Assembly: GCA_965644295.1 (NCBI GenBank)
Contig: CBFFRP010000309.1
Span: 1-64,000, forward strand
Origin: Paraphysomonas bandaiensis
Lineage: Eukaryota; Protista; Chrysophyceae
DNA: 64,000 nucleotides
Direction of reading: 5' to 3'
Shown here piece after piece: positions 13,001-25,539 of the stretch; the first letter of the stretch is position 1, and each line of letters begins with the position of its first letter. Position numbers and translations under genes: made by a program. Below the pieces are notes generated by a model. That model searched no databases. It saw only the letters and a list, made by a program, of their open reading frames with translations, and was not told where the DNA came from.

Positions 13001-16000
13001 CCGCCGAACTGCGAGTTGTGGTACTTTCAACCGACTCAGCATCATCTTCATCACGTCTATTGCTATCAACAAGCAACAGACTTGGTGGCATAGGGTCGGT
13101 ATTCATGGCTCTGTCCGCTTTCTTTGCCATACGATTCAAAAGTACCGCCTCATGGTCACTGGCGAGCATACAGGCGTTCTCTTCTAACTGCAACATTACG
13201 TCAACTGACAAACGAAGCTGCTCTTGAGCGTCATCCCGATCCTTTTGAGCAGCAAGTAACTCACTCTCCAACTTATCGCATCTAAGAGAGAGTTCATCAT
13301 TGATTGCTGTCATACTCGCGCTTTTCATCATTTCGGAAGAGAGCATTGCTTTGTACTTCTCCTGAACAAAATAGTTACTCAGATATATTCTGGTGTATTA
13401 TGGATAAACCTTTGTTTTCTTATGCGCAGCAATCTCATTCTGTAATTGATGATCTCCTTCGAATGGGTCAACCGCTGGATCGCTTTCATTAAAACTTACT
13501 GTGGGAGAAAAAGACTAGAAAAATATTACACATGACAGAAAAAACATAATATTTACTCACTTTATTAATTGAAATCATCATGTAAGCTGCCCTTGTTCTT
13601 TCCTCTTCTCTTTTCATGATCTCACTTTCGGAGGTTTCCAAAGTGGTCAGTACTTCAGCATAAAGTTGGTTGCTTTCATCACAAGCACTGGCGATATTAT
13701 CTAGCTTCCGCTCATAGGAAGCTTCCGATAAATGCTGGTCCCGAAGTAAATGACCAATATAAGATTCATAATCCATACATGCTGTGTCCAGGGCCTGCTG
13801 ATTACGTGACATACTCAATGACTCAGATTCCATAGCTGGTTTGGAGTCTATTATATCTCTTTCAAGCTTTACTAATTCCATCTTAAGCCTAGAGTTCTCT
13901 TCTTCCAATTGAATTTTATGATCGCAATGTTGATTCAGATCATCTACTTTACGTTCTAGAAACAACACTTCCTCCCTCGATTGACTTAGTGTCAATCGAG
14001 TTTCATTTAATTCAGTTGTAACTGCAGATAATTCACTGTAAACGTCCGACAACTTCACCTTCAGTTCTACACAGCGTTCATAACACGATATATCAAACAT
14101 ATTTTACAACATACCGTTTATCTCATCGTGTAGACCAACAGAATCTTGTCGTAGCAAAGCGATAGAATCAGTTTGCTCTGCTATCAGCACTTTTGATTTC
14201 CTGAGTAGTATCTCTGTTAAGTGGTCTTCAGCTAGCATATCAAGTCGATCTTGTAGGCATAACTTTGTCGTATTTGTGGATACAGACTTCCTTTCCAATT
14301 CAAACAGGATAGTATCACGCTGTCTTTCTAGATCGTGTATTTTATCTTTGGCTTCCTGTAGCTGAGAGTCCATACCATTCATATCAATCTGTGATTCAAG
14401 TAAATCCCTACGAAGAGCGTCCGTAGAAGTTTTGAGCTCTTCAATTTCAACATCTTTCTGTTTTTTAATGGCTTCAACTTCATTTTTGCGTGACCGTATC
14501 AAGCTTTTCACTTCTTCCTGATGCAATTTTTCTCGCGCTTCAAGTCGAGACTTTAACATATCATCGAAAGAAGTATCAACTAACCGAAGTGACATTTCTT
14601 TGTTGGAGAGTGTTAGTTCAGATATCCGCCGCTCCAGTATTCCTATAATATCAGGATCTGATGCACGCATCATGTTCTTCAATTCAACGCTAAGTGGCAC
14701 GGCAGCATCTCTGTCTGCCATTTCGTTTTGAATACGTTGAAGAGCCTTTCTGCACTTCGCTTTCTGAGTGGTTCTGTAATGTTCAGCATCCTTCAGGTTT
14801 TGTCTTGTCGTCTCCAGGGTTTGGGAAACATCCTTGACCGCAGTCGTCAACACAGATAACTGTGTCTCCACATCTTTTAGTTTACTCTTGAGAATTTTTA
14901 ATTCTCTTAAGTTTGCTTCCTTTTCCTCTTCCAGATTTCTCTTTTGACTGTTTGCTTGACAGAACTTCGTTTCGTACTCTTCACACTTCGCCGTCAACTG
15001 CATGTTCGCTATTCCTTCTTTCCTAAACTTCTCACTATCCGCTGAATACGACGCCTTGAGCTTGTTGTTTGATTCTAGTAACTCTGTGTACATTGATTCT
15101 AAATCCTTGTACTTATCTTTCAAACTGTCGTTTTCTCGTTGCATAGAGAGTAGCTTATTCTGACTTTCTCCCTTTTCACACTCCACTTCTTCGTATTTCC
15201 TCTTGTAGTACTCCAGATCATCTTTTGTCTTGGCGTGGGCCTGGCGTTCCCCGTTCAACGCATGCTCTGTCTCCCGTAGATCTTGTATTATGTATGCTGC
15301 ATCTTCACACCAGGTCGATAGCTCCATGTACGTCCTTCCAGTGAGTGGCTTTATATGAGCGGATTCTGAAGTATTAGAATCGTGTTCGGGTGTATAGCTA
15401 AGCGGTGGTGGGTGAAAGAAAATGACAGGAAGAAGAGCCGCACGAATGTCTGCAAGGACCGGATTCGCTTGACCAAATACAGCTATGAGAACATCTAGCG
15501 CCTCACATGCTATAGCCGCTACAGATTTCTGACAGGAGGCTGTTTGAGGAGCGGTCGGATCCTCTCCTGGATCATACTCAGTGATGGAACGCTGAAGGCT
15601 GCTCATCAGCGAAATGCTTGCACTATCCGCTTTTCCGACTGTACTTCCATTCTTCGACAACCACAAATCCGTAAAAAATCTGCTTATAGAATCTGGTACT
15701 GATACCTCAGGTTGGTTGAGGACAGTACTAATGACTAAGCGGCCGATTCTCAAAGCACCCTGATCTCGCTCAGATAAACCGGAATAGGCAATGCGACGAG
15801 AGTGGTGGAAATTCACATTATTGGAGTCGATAGGAGATGATATAGAAATAGATTTTGGGATTTCTTCGTTGATTTTCTCCAAGTTTTCCTGGCTCATATG
15901 GTTGGCACCATCTGGAGCGACCTCGTCAAAGCAATTAGGGTCGACCGGTTCTCCTTCTAACCCCGCTTCACCAACACCCACTACATCGCTGGAATTCATA

Positions 16001-16587
16001 TATTGATTAAACACGGCATTCATATCATTCATTTTCTCGCTATCCTGATGGGCAATAGATCTCACACTTGGAACGTGGTGCACCGCGGTAGAATTGAACC
16101 GACCGTAGTGACCTTGCTGTGTTTTGCGATTAGATTCCACAGCCCCAGTGCGAACTGATTGAGGTCTAGAGCGTGCACTGTTACGTAATCGCGTTTTTAT
16201 CGGGCCACGAAACGACTTTTGGACGTTCCTCTGAACTGCAGTACGTGGTCGCATTTGAGAAAAAGTACCAGTATGACGACTTCCAGATTCCCCAGGACAG
16301 GGAGTTAAATCTTCTTGCGTAGTTTCGTAAATGGTACCATCGACCTCCGGGTCTAGCTTATAAATTGCAGTATGATTTACTGGTTTGGATCTGTTGGGAC
16401 GGCTCCTAACAGACTTTTGAACAGAAGTATTATGGGTCAGCTCAGAAAATGTGCTGTAAGAATCCAAATTTGGTGCAGTGCGAGGTCGAGAAACTGACGA
16501 ACCGTTGGATGTTCGCTTCTCTATACTCACAGACACAGACATAGGCATAGGCATTGTACCCTTTCCATCAACAGACAAGTCGTCCAT
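10021..16587 (-). CDS. Very large (about 2,000 aa) multi-exon coiled-coil protein, unknown function
   Basis: Six consecutive long minus-strand ORFs separated by short GT-AG introns; extended E/K/L/Q heptads; N-terminal RPRTA/RPQS motifs. Confidence 0.8.
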
Positions 16588-17404
16588 TGGATACAGACTG
16601 TCAGTGGATCTATCGTGATTGATATGTCATGCACTGCTCTATGACGAGACGGCAGTTATCTGTTTCAATCAATCACTACACTGAACAAACATATACTTTT
16701 ATACTATGAAATCAATTTCCAACTTATAAAAACAATGAATTGTGCATTATATGCAGAAATTCTTACATTAAGTTGATAGAATTGAAGATGTGATGCATAG
16801 TACATGCATGTATGTATATATACATCCATCTGCTGTGTATATGTCTGTATGTATGTGTGTGTGATGGGCCGAAACGGTTCAACGTCTATGTGTTTTTTTT
16901 TGGGTCGTCACATTGAACTGACTGTATTTTACTGTATTTTCATAGTATATTTCACACTGAAATGTCGATTAAAGATACTATTCTCTAGATAAGATCTTCA
17001 TCCTCCTCGTATGTACTTCTATATACAGATATACGTATCTCCAGCAAGAGGTATGTATATGTATGTAGATCTCCATATCACTGTATAATGTACGTATCTC
17101 GTAGTATATACAGCACTACAGTGAATTATATATGAAAGTTTGTGTAGGAGCCCCACTCCCTCCTCTACTTGGACATATACATACATAACTCCATCACATC
17201 GAATTAAAATCTACTACTATATAGAGCTCATCATACACTTCATCAGCTCCTTGATAGTCTTATTTCAATATGAATTCACTGTAATCTATATATATATCTA
17301 TATATAGTCATGTATAGTCAGTGATGTCGATAGCGTGTCTGTCTACTTAACTCCCTCCCTCCATCCATCCATACATCCATCCATACATACACACATACAT
17401 ACAA

Positions 17405-20400
17405 ATGAATATAAGAAAAAATTCTTTAACACTTGAAGCATCATTACCAAGGAATTGGCCACACTCATCATCAGCAGATCTTGCAGATAATCCTAATCGA
17501 ATTGTTGTAGTGGGAGGCCCACAGAGATACTCATTTAAAAGTAATTTTGTAAAAACATCCAAATATGAAGTATGGAATTTTCTTCCAAAATTTTTAATGG
17601 AAGAATTTAATCCAAAAACAAAAGTAGCAAATTGTTACTTTTTATTAGTTTCTGCTTTGCAATGCATACCGCAGATATCGAATACATTTGGATATCCCAC
17701 CACACTACTTCCCTTGATTGTTGTCGTTCTTGTTGATGCAATTTTTGCAATTATTGAAGATTATGGGCGACATAAGGCGGATACGGAGGCTAATGCGTCC
17801 TTGGCATTAGTGTACGATCCAGACGAGTTAGATTTCGTGGAAATGAAATGGGCAGATATATGTGTCGGAGACTTTGTGCAAATCAAATCTCGAGAAAAAA
17901 TTCCAGCGGACGTGGTTATCCTGGGTGTTGCAGAAAAAGCAAAAATTCCCACTGGTTTGTGCTATGTGGAAACAAAGTCTCTCGACGGCGAGACTAACTT
18001 GAAGATTCGGAATGCTATGCCCAACACTATGGCCACGGTTAGTCAATCTATCCTATATACATTTCATTAGGTTGCAGTAATTGTTACCATATATGTACTT
18101 TTAGGTAAATGGCACAGCAGCCCTCAACAATCTCTCTGGTGAGATTACGATGGAGCACCCAAATAAACTCATCGACACTTTTAACGGTGTCCTGGGGATT
18201 GATGGGATGGGTCGCGAAGCAATAATGTCCAACCATGTGCTCTTGCGAGGATGTGTACTCCGAAATACCGACTGGGTTATTGGTGTTGTAGTCAACAGTG
18301 GTCATGACACAAAGATAATGATGAGTGCAACAGCTACGCCGTCGAAGACCTCTTTCCTGGAACACTCTGCCTCGAGTGAGATACAGAAAATAATTTTTCT
18401 GCTTGCGTTTGTGTGTTTCGTGGGTTCTACAGGGGCAGCCATATGGAACGATAAACGGAATGTCGAGCGAATGTGGTACCTGGATTGGGACCCCAACTCT
18501 GGAGAGTATTGGGTTATCCAGTTCTTCTACTTTTTTCTCCTTCATGCAACGTTTATTCCTGTCTCTTTGTATGTGTCTATGACATTAATTCGTTTCTTTC
18601 AATCGTATTTCATGAACAATGACCTTGAGATGTACTATGAAAAAACAGACACTCCGTCTGTGGTCCGCACAATGACGCTCAATGAAGAGCTCGGTCAGAT
18701 TTCCCATGTCTTTTCTGACAAGACAGGTACACTTACTTGCAACGTGATGGACTTCAGGAAAGCCTCGATCAATGGCGTGTCATACGGGCTTGGTATCACG
18801 GAAATCGGAAAGGCATCTTGGAAACTCCAAGGAAAATTGATTCCTAGTGACATTTTGATGGGAGAAGAAAATGCCAAGAAGGCTTCAGTTCCACATGTAT
18901 CCTTCTACGACCCGCAGTATGACGAAGATATGGCGCGAGGGGGGGCTCAAAGGAAAGCTAATCAACAATTTTTCCGTATCCTGTCTCTTTGTCACGACAC
19001 TATTCCGGAGCGTATCGACGGCAATATCAAGCTATCTGCTTCCAACCCAGATGATGAGGCCCTACTTTGCGCCGCTACTTACTTTGGATTTGAGTTCCGT
19101 GACAGGCGTATCAAGACTGCTCTGGTATATAACCGGGAACTGGATAAGGTGGAGGAGATTGACGTATTGGATACTATTGCTTTTACATCTAAGAGGAAGC
19201 GTATGTCCGTAATAGTCAAATACGAAGACGGGTCTATTCAGCTGCTATGTAAAGGTGCAGATAGCACTATGATTCCCCGGCTGCGTGCCGGTCAAGATGA
19301 GCTGTTAGCTGCGACGGACGATCATATGCGGCTATATGCGGTTGAGGGTCTTCGTTGCTTGCTAGTCGGTTACAAAAACTTAGACCCGAGAGAATATGAA
19401 AAGTTCAGTGCCCATTACAATGAGGTATCGACCAATATGGATGAACTAGAGAAGCGAAAAGCAGGTCTACCGAACCTAATTGAAGATGCTGAAGATGAGA
19501 TGGAGCAAGGACTGACCCTCGTTGGCTGCACTGCTATTGAGGACAAACTCCAAGATGGAGTTCCCGAGGCGATTGCTCAGATTGCGAAGGCTGGCATAAA
19601 CATTTGGGTATTGACAGGTGATAAGGAGGAGACAGCCATAAATATTGCTGTGGCGTGCAATTTAGTGCTCCCAAGGCAGTACATGAGACATGTAATTGTA
19701 AACAAGAAGACCTGTCCGAATACTGAAAAAATGAGGGAGTTGCTGGAGGCTGAAACCCAGGTCTAATAGTTATAAGTAGTAATATACTTAAGCCTTACCT
19801 TTTTGCGTAGTTGTGTGAAGAAGACATGAGAACACATGGCCATGGACAACTATCTCTTCCTCGTGCCCTGATTATCGATGGGCCCTCCCTCATTGGCGTC
19901 ATGCTCGATGACGAAGCAAAAGCGACTCTTCTCGATTTTAGTAGAATGTGCAAAGCTGTTGTTGGATGCAGGTATGTATATGAAGCACGCACATTAGTTC
20001 ATGATGTTTTCACTGACATATGCAGAGTTTCACCTGACCAAAAGAGGGAAATGGTAAATATGATAAAGACAGGTGTCGAAGGGGTGCGTACCCTGTCCAT
20101 CGGCGATGGAGCCAATGATGTTGCTATGATTCAAGAGGCCCACATTGGTGTAGGAATACGAGGCGAGGAGGGTATACAGGCAACCAACGCGTCGGACTAT
20201 GCTATTGCCCAATTCCGTTACCTGTCAGTACTGCTGTTGAAGCACGGAAGATACAACTACATCCGCATGTGCGCGCTCGTATGCTACATGTTCTACAAAA
20301 ATATCTTCATGAGTATATGTCAGTTTTGGTTCGCGTGGTTGAATGGATTTTCAGGTGAATGAAATGCGAGGGAGGCTGTAGAAAGAAATAACGTGTACAA

Positions 20401-21405
20401 TTATACCTTCAGGGCAAAAGATTTACACAGAGGCCGGTATTCAGATGTACAACCTTTTATTTACGTCGATACCTATTTTACTTAGCGGAATATATGATAT
20501 GGATGTTCCTCCTGGTGCTGTGTATAGATACCCTGAGCTGTATGCTGCTTGTATTGACAATGAGTACTTTACGGTAAGTCAGTCTGTATACTTTCTCATG
20601 ATTGACATGGTTCGCTTCTTAACAGCCTTGGGTGTTTTGGGGCTGGATCATGCATGCTGTCGGGGAGTCCCTCATATGCGCCTTTCTCCCGCCGTTGTTT
20701 CTACAGAACTCAAACCCACGGTCTGGTGCCTATGAGACATTCTGGGAAAGTGGAGCAATGACATTTACCGTTGTGGTTGTTATCGTCAATCTGAAGGTGC
20801 TTACACACAACCCTTTCTAACCAACTCAGTGCATGTTATCTTGTATACAGATGATATTCATTCAAACCAAATGGATGTTTGTAAATGTTGTGTTTATCGT
20901 TGCTTCTGTGGCCTCCTGGTTTGGAATTGCCTATCTAGTAACGAATGTAGAACTAGTGGACTATGAATGGTATCAGGTGACTCTTCTTTCTGCTCGCTAC
21001 ATGCTTGTTTTGACAATCTGGTCTGAGCAGATATGGGGAAGACTGATGTATAATGGCAATTTTTGGCTGGGATCTCTGATAATAGTGTTCGTTGTTATTG
21101 GGAAGGACCTCTACCTATGCGGACTACAGAGAAACTTTGATCCTAACTCCCCCCAAATAATACAAGAGGTGTGTTATATTCTTGTTTTTTTATAGTCACT
21201 TTTTATATATGCTTTTTGGATATAGATATCTCTTTTGAAGCCAGGAGCCAATTCTATTGATGTAGGAGACTCGAATGGTCTTGAACTCCCGTTGGCTCCA
21301 CAGAGGGAGGTGAGTAGTGGGACATCTTTAAGCTGGTGAGTGACCACATAAATGTTGTTATCCATATAGGAAAGCGACGGCTCGCAGGAGCGGCTTGTGC
21401 ATTAA
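17405..21405 (+). CDS. P4-type ATPase (phospholipid flippase)
   Basis: NFVKTSKY, ETKSLDGETNLK, LLRGCVLRNT, IPVSLYVS, phosphorylation motif DKTGTLT, PDDEAL, FTSKRKRMS, KGADS, EDKLQDGVP, WVLTGDK, IGDGANDVAMIQ, FYKN; multi-exon, stop at 21403-21405. Confidence 0.97.
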
Positions 21406-21877
21406 CTGCTCTCGTTGGTCTTCATTCTTCCTGTCATGTTCGGTAGGTTTAATAACTTATGTTATCGTCGCCCAGCGAATGCCTTGTCTGCTTCGTCTGC
21501 TGATACTGGTCGTGTTATGTCGTATTAGGTACTCTTCTATCCTTCTTGTCTAATAGTGCCGATTGTATTGTTTAGATTTTCTGTCAGTGTTTGACCCACA
21601 TTTCCATAGTTTCTACATCTGAAGATAGATAGTCTATGTGGAAGTTGAAGCTCATGAGAACTATAGTGAAACGCAGTAAATTAACTAGTTACGATATGAA
21701 TTTTGTGTTATCCAATGGTTTAGATTAGTAATGTTAAAATTTTGACTCCATCATCATATCACTTAGTGCATTTCTGCTGAACACTTACACATCTATAATT
21801 CACTGTTGAGTTCTGGTGTATATAATGTGATATATATTGACCTATAAGAAACAGTATTGTGCTATTGAAGTGAGTTA

Positions 21878-22341
21878 ATTACGTGCACAATAAGTAAAGC
21901 AAATTCACAGGAAGAAAGGGCAAATTTAGTTATTATAATCCATGCATAATATCCTACATATGCGAACCTCTCGTTACTGAACATATCTTGAAAGATCAAA
22001 CTATTTCAGTTTCTCAATATCATCTCAGCATTTGTACATCACTATATTTCACTGTATTCTCGTACATTGTCTTCAAGTGACATACTGAATATACTAGAAT
22101 AAGATCCATATTCTAATATGTAACAGTGTCTGCAAATCTAAAATTGGGAATACGGTTTGCGTACAAGAACTGGTGAAGAAGTTTTCAAATGTGTGAAGCA
22201 CCTCTGTGAGGTCAGGTTGCCAAGGTAACCAGGATGGAGAATACAGCAATATCACGGTGATGGTGGACCAGAGCTAATTGATTTCTTAACTAAATTTGCC
22301 CTTTCTTCCTGTGAATTTGCTTTACTTATTGTGCACGTAAT
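21878..22341. mobile_element. Non-autonomous TIR element (MITE-like) with 55-bp perfect inverted repeats and possible TA target duplication
   Basis: 21878-21932 is the exact reverse complement of 22287-22341; ends read TA|CGTGCAC...GTGCACG|TA; no transposase ORF inside. Confidence 0.7.
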
Positions 22342-22730
22342 GAAATAGGTGATTCCCTGATTAGGATACGGAGGGACTAGAAACTGTAAGGTATTGATAT
22401 TCGTACATAAATGTGATGATAAACGTAGAAAAATGTAACTTCAGGAGGCCTCTTGTTGTCGTTGGCATCCTATTAGCTATTTGTGCAACTGACTCGAATA
22501 ATACTGCGTGTATAACATGAGGCACACATTCAAACCGTGTAAATGCTACGCCATAGTTCTCTTGGAATTCCAAAATTACTTATATTATAAAGAACGTAAT
22601 GTAACCACCATTGACCAACTCAACAGCTACAAACAATGGTTGAACAATGGCTACCTGGCCACGACATGTGGTCAGTGCTAAGAGAACGTAATCGACAGGG
22701 GATTTCATCACAATTCTCCACACGGGTGCT

Positions 22731-24687
22731 TTACCCTAGCACAATGGTGGCAGCACCTCCCTGGGCCCTGCGCCCAGTTCTGGCAGGGGCAGTGACCGGA
22801 CGAGCACACACAGGCTCCGTAGTATTATCCGTAGATCCCTTGAGATCGATAGATTGGATATCCGATATACCCTGCACATAATGTATGCGGAAGCAATTAA
22901 AAAGTGATTGTTGTTGCGAAGTAAAAAAGTACACACATTCCAATAGTACCTGCTCAACAAGGCGAGCAATCATGGCGGCCTTGTCGTCCGCTGCAATTCC
23001 AAGGTCATTCTTAATCTCCTCTACAGTCTGCCTGCCGTCGGTGTGTGTAACAAGCACACGTCTGCAGGTAGTGTTCTGACACCATCCCTCGCCACCGCTA
23101 ATGTGCCAGGCATTGCGAATCATGAGCTCAAAGTAGTCGTCCTCGTCAATAGAAGCAGACAGGTTGCTGTAGTACTTGCAGAACTCCGCAACTGTAACCT
23201 ATAGGATATAAGCACACATAACAACACACGCCTTCATATATGACAACATGTCCTAAGTTTAATAATAGAAAAGCTCAACGGGTACGTCATATAGAAGCCT
23301 ACCTTGCCATCTTTCTCGGTGCCGTCAAAGGTGTCGAGAAACTCACTGATTCGACGAATCACCATCAAAAGAATTGGTTATTATGCTTCAATTTACCTGA
23401 GAATTTCTGCAGACGTGCGCTTACCCGAAATCACATCCGGGTGTTTGCTCGCATCATACTTAGCGCTGATGTCGTTTAGCTCGACAGCACCAGACTTGTC
23501 AGCATCCAGAATCTTTGAAGCGAAATTACAGGAGTTTTATGTGCAAATGTAAACTGGGTACCATACCTCGAAAGCCATCATTACAAGCTGTGTGCGGCGG
23601 TCATTGAGTTCCCCGCGAACTCCGACAAGGAACTCATCAAATGAAATGCTTCCTGACTTGTCCGAATCAAAGTGATCGAACAGAATTTTAACCTGTTCTG
23701 GGGTCCAAGTTAGAGTGTGTTCCTTGACCGCCTTCGTAAACTCAGAAAGAGATATGGACTTGCTGTTATCATCATCCATAATGCGGAATTTACGTTGAAG
23801 ACCGAAGATACCAGATGCTCCACGAGCCTGAAGTCATGAGTAGTTACGAATACAGAGATCAAGCGCCATAGTAAAATGCACACAGTATGACACACCTTTA
23901 ACGTTTCTCTAAATTTATCCAAAAGGACCTCATAATCTGAAACATCCTCGGCTGGTGGGGCGGGAGGAAGCGGTACTACCGATTTCGTCTTTCCAAAGTT
24001 TTCATCCGCCGACAAATTAAGCATGCCGAGCATGGCACTAGCCCATGTATCGCTTAGGTTAGGAATAACACCTTTGGCTTCGAGGAGGCTGTCTTGGCAC
24101 ACAACACAAGGGAGAACAGGTTTGGAGGCCTGGATTCCAACCTGATACACAGCAGCCATAAGAACGGCACTGGTAGAACCTGCTCCGACACCGATATGAT
24201 CATTGACAACAACATCGAGGGCGAGGACTCCATCACATGAGGTGAGCATCTTCTGAGTCGCACAGGGTAGCATACTGGCATATGGGACTTCAGATACAAA
24301 CACATTCACAATCCCAACTTTCGATAAAGCTTTCGTAGTAACAGAAGCAATAGTATCAGAACCAGGACCTTTTACCACCACTAATCCAACATTATGTTCC
24401 GTGATCTCAACAGGAGTGGGTGCAACCATCACAACTAATACACATAACAATCAGTATATATATATATATAAATATATCCACTACAACGTAACCAAATAGT
24501 TCCGTTGAAAGTTGATAAAAGAATGAATGTTGTTACCTTCTTCTACACCATTCTCTTCCACTACTACTGGCTGTGGGGCAATTTTCTCCTCCCATGCAAC
24601 AGAGAATGAACTCTTTCCACCTGGGGGAGCATGTCTTCTTGTAGAAGATCGACCAACATGAATATCAGAACTTGTTTTTGTTGACAT
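22731..24687 (-). CDS. Calcyphosin-like EF-hand protein with N-terminal PPGG motif and lumazine-synthase-like domain (7 exons)
   Basis: Spliced: ARGASGIFGLQRKFRIMDDDNSKSISLSEF, FDSDKSGSISFDEF, ILDADKSGAVELND, YDASKHPDVISGKRT, EFLDTFD, YYSNLSASIDEDDYFELMIRNAW (calcyphosin signatures). Introns 24536-24435, 23895-23828 and 23566-23513 keep frame. Confidence 0.9.
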
Positions 24688-25539
24688 TATATTGAATTGT
24701 ATGTATGATAGAATGAGAAGTGAGGAATGTTTGGTTGCAATAATTAGTTGAGTGTGTCTCTATGTATGTATGTATGTATGTATGTATGTATGTATGTACA
24801 TGTACATAGAGTTGTTTGCACCGCTTGTCTTTGCACAGCCCTACATCAAAAAAATCCTATTAAAAAACACATGATATTCGGTTCCGGTATGTCCGTCCTG
24901 GTATATTTGACCAATAATACTTTTGTAATAGAGATTACTTTGTAATGATTGGATTTAAGAATTAGAGTTGTTGAAGAGTAGAACTGAATTTTCAAAAGCC
25001 ATTTTTTGATGTAGAAGATATTCGTATGGACGTGGTACACTATTAATAAAAACTCATCGAAATGTTATAAATCGGCTATTTTGTACTTGCATATATGAAA
25101 ATACGTAGGATAGCTTTTAAAAATTTCAAATTTTTTTTTTTAACTGTTACAGTATGTTGTGAAGTGTGTGTTTATAGACGAAGTACGAAGTGTCTATCGT
25201 ATGAACGTCTAGGTGTGCACCAGATGACTGTAGTATGTACGTATGTATGGATCTCTCTGTAGGTTTCTATATAGGACATGTCCTCATTTAAAGGATATAC
25301 ATACATATATCTCTATAGTGACCATATATATAAAGTTAATGAGATAGCTGGTAATTGAATAGATAGAATCTCACTTGTATCATCTAGTGATACTGTTCAT
25401 GATAAATAGCAGCCAATAGAGCGTAGCATAGGCGTGTAACATACATGACTATACTACACGTATATCACAACTAACAGACGACACTGATATAATACATACA
25501 GTCATATGATTGGATATCAAGATATCTGATACAAACCTC

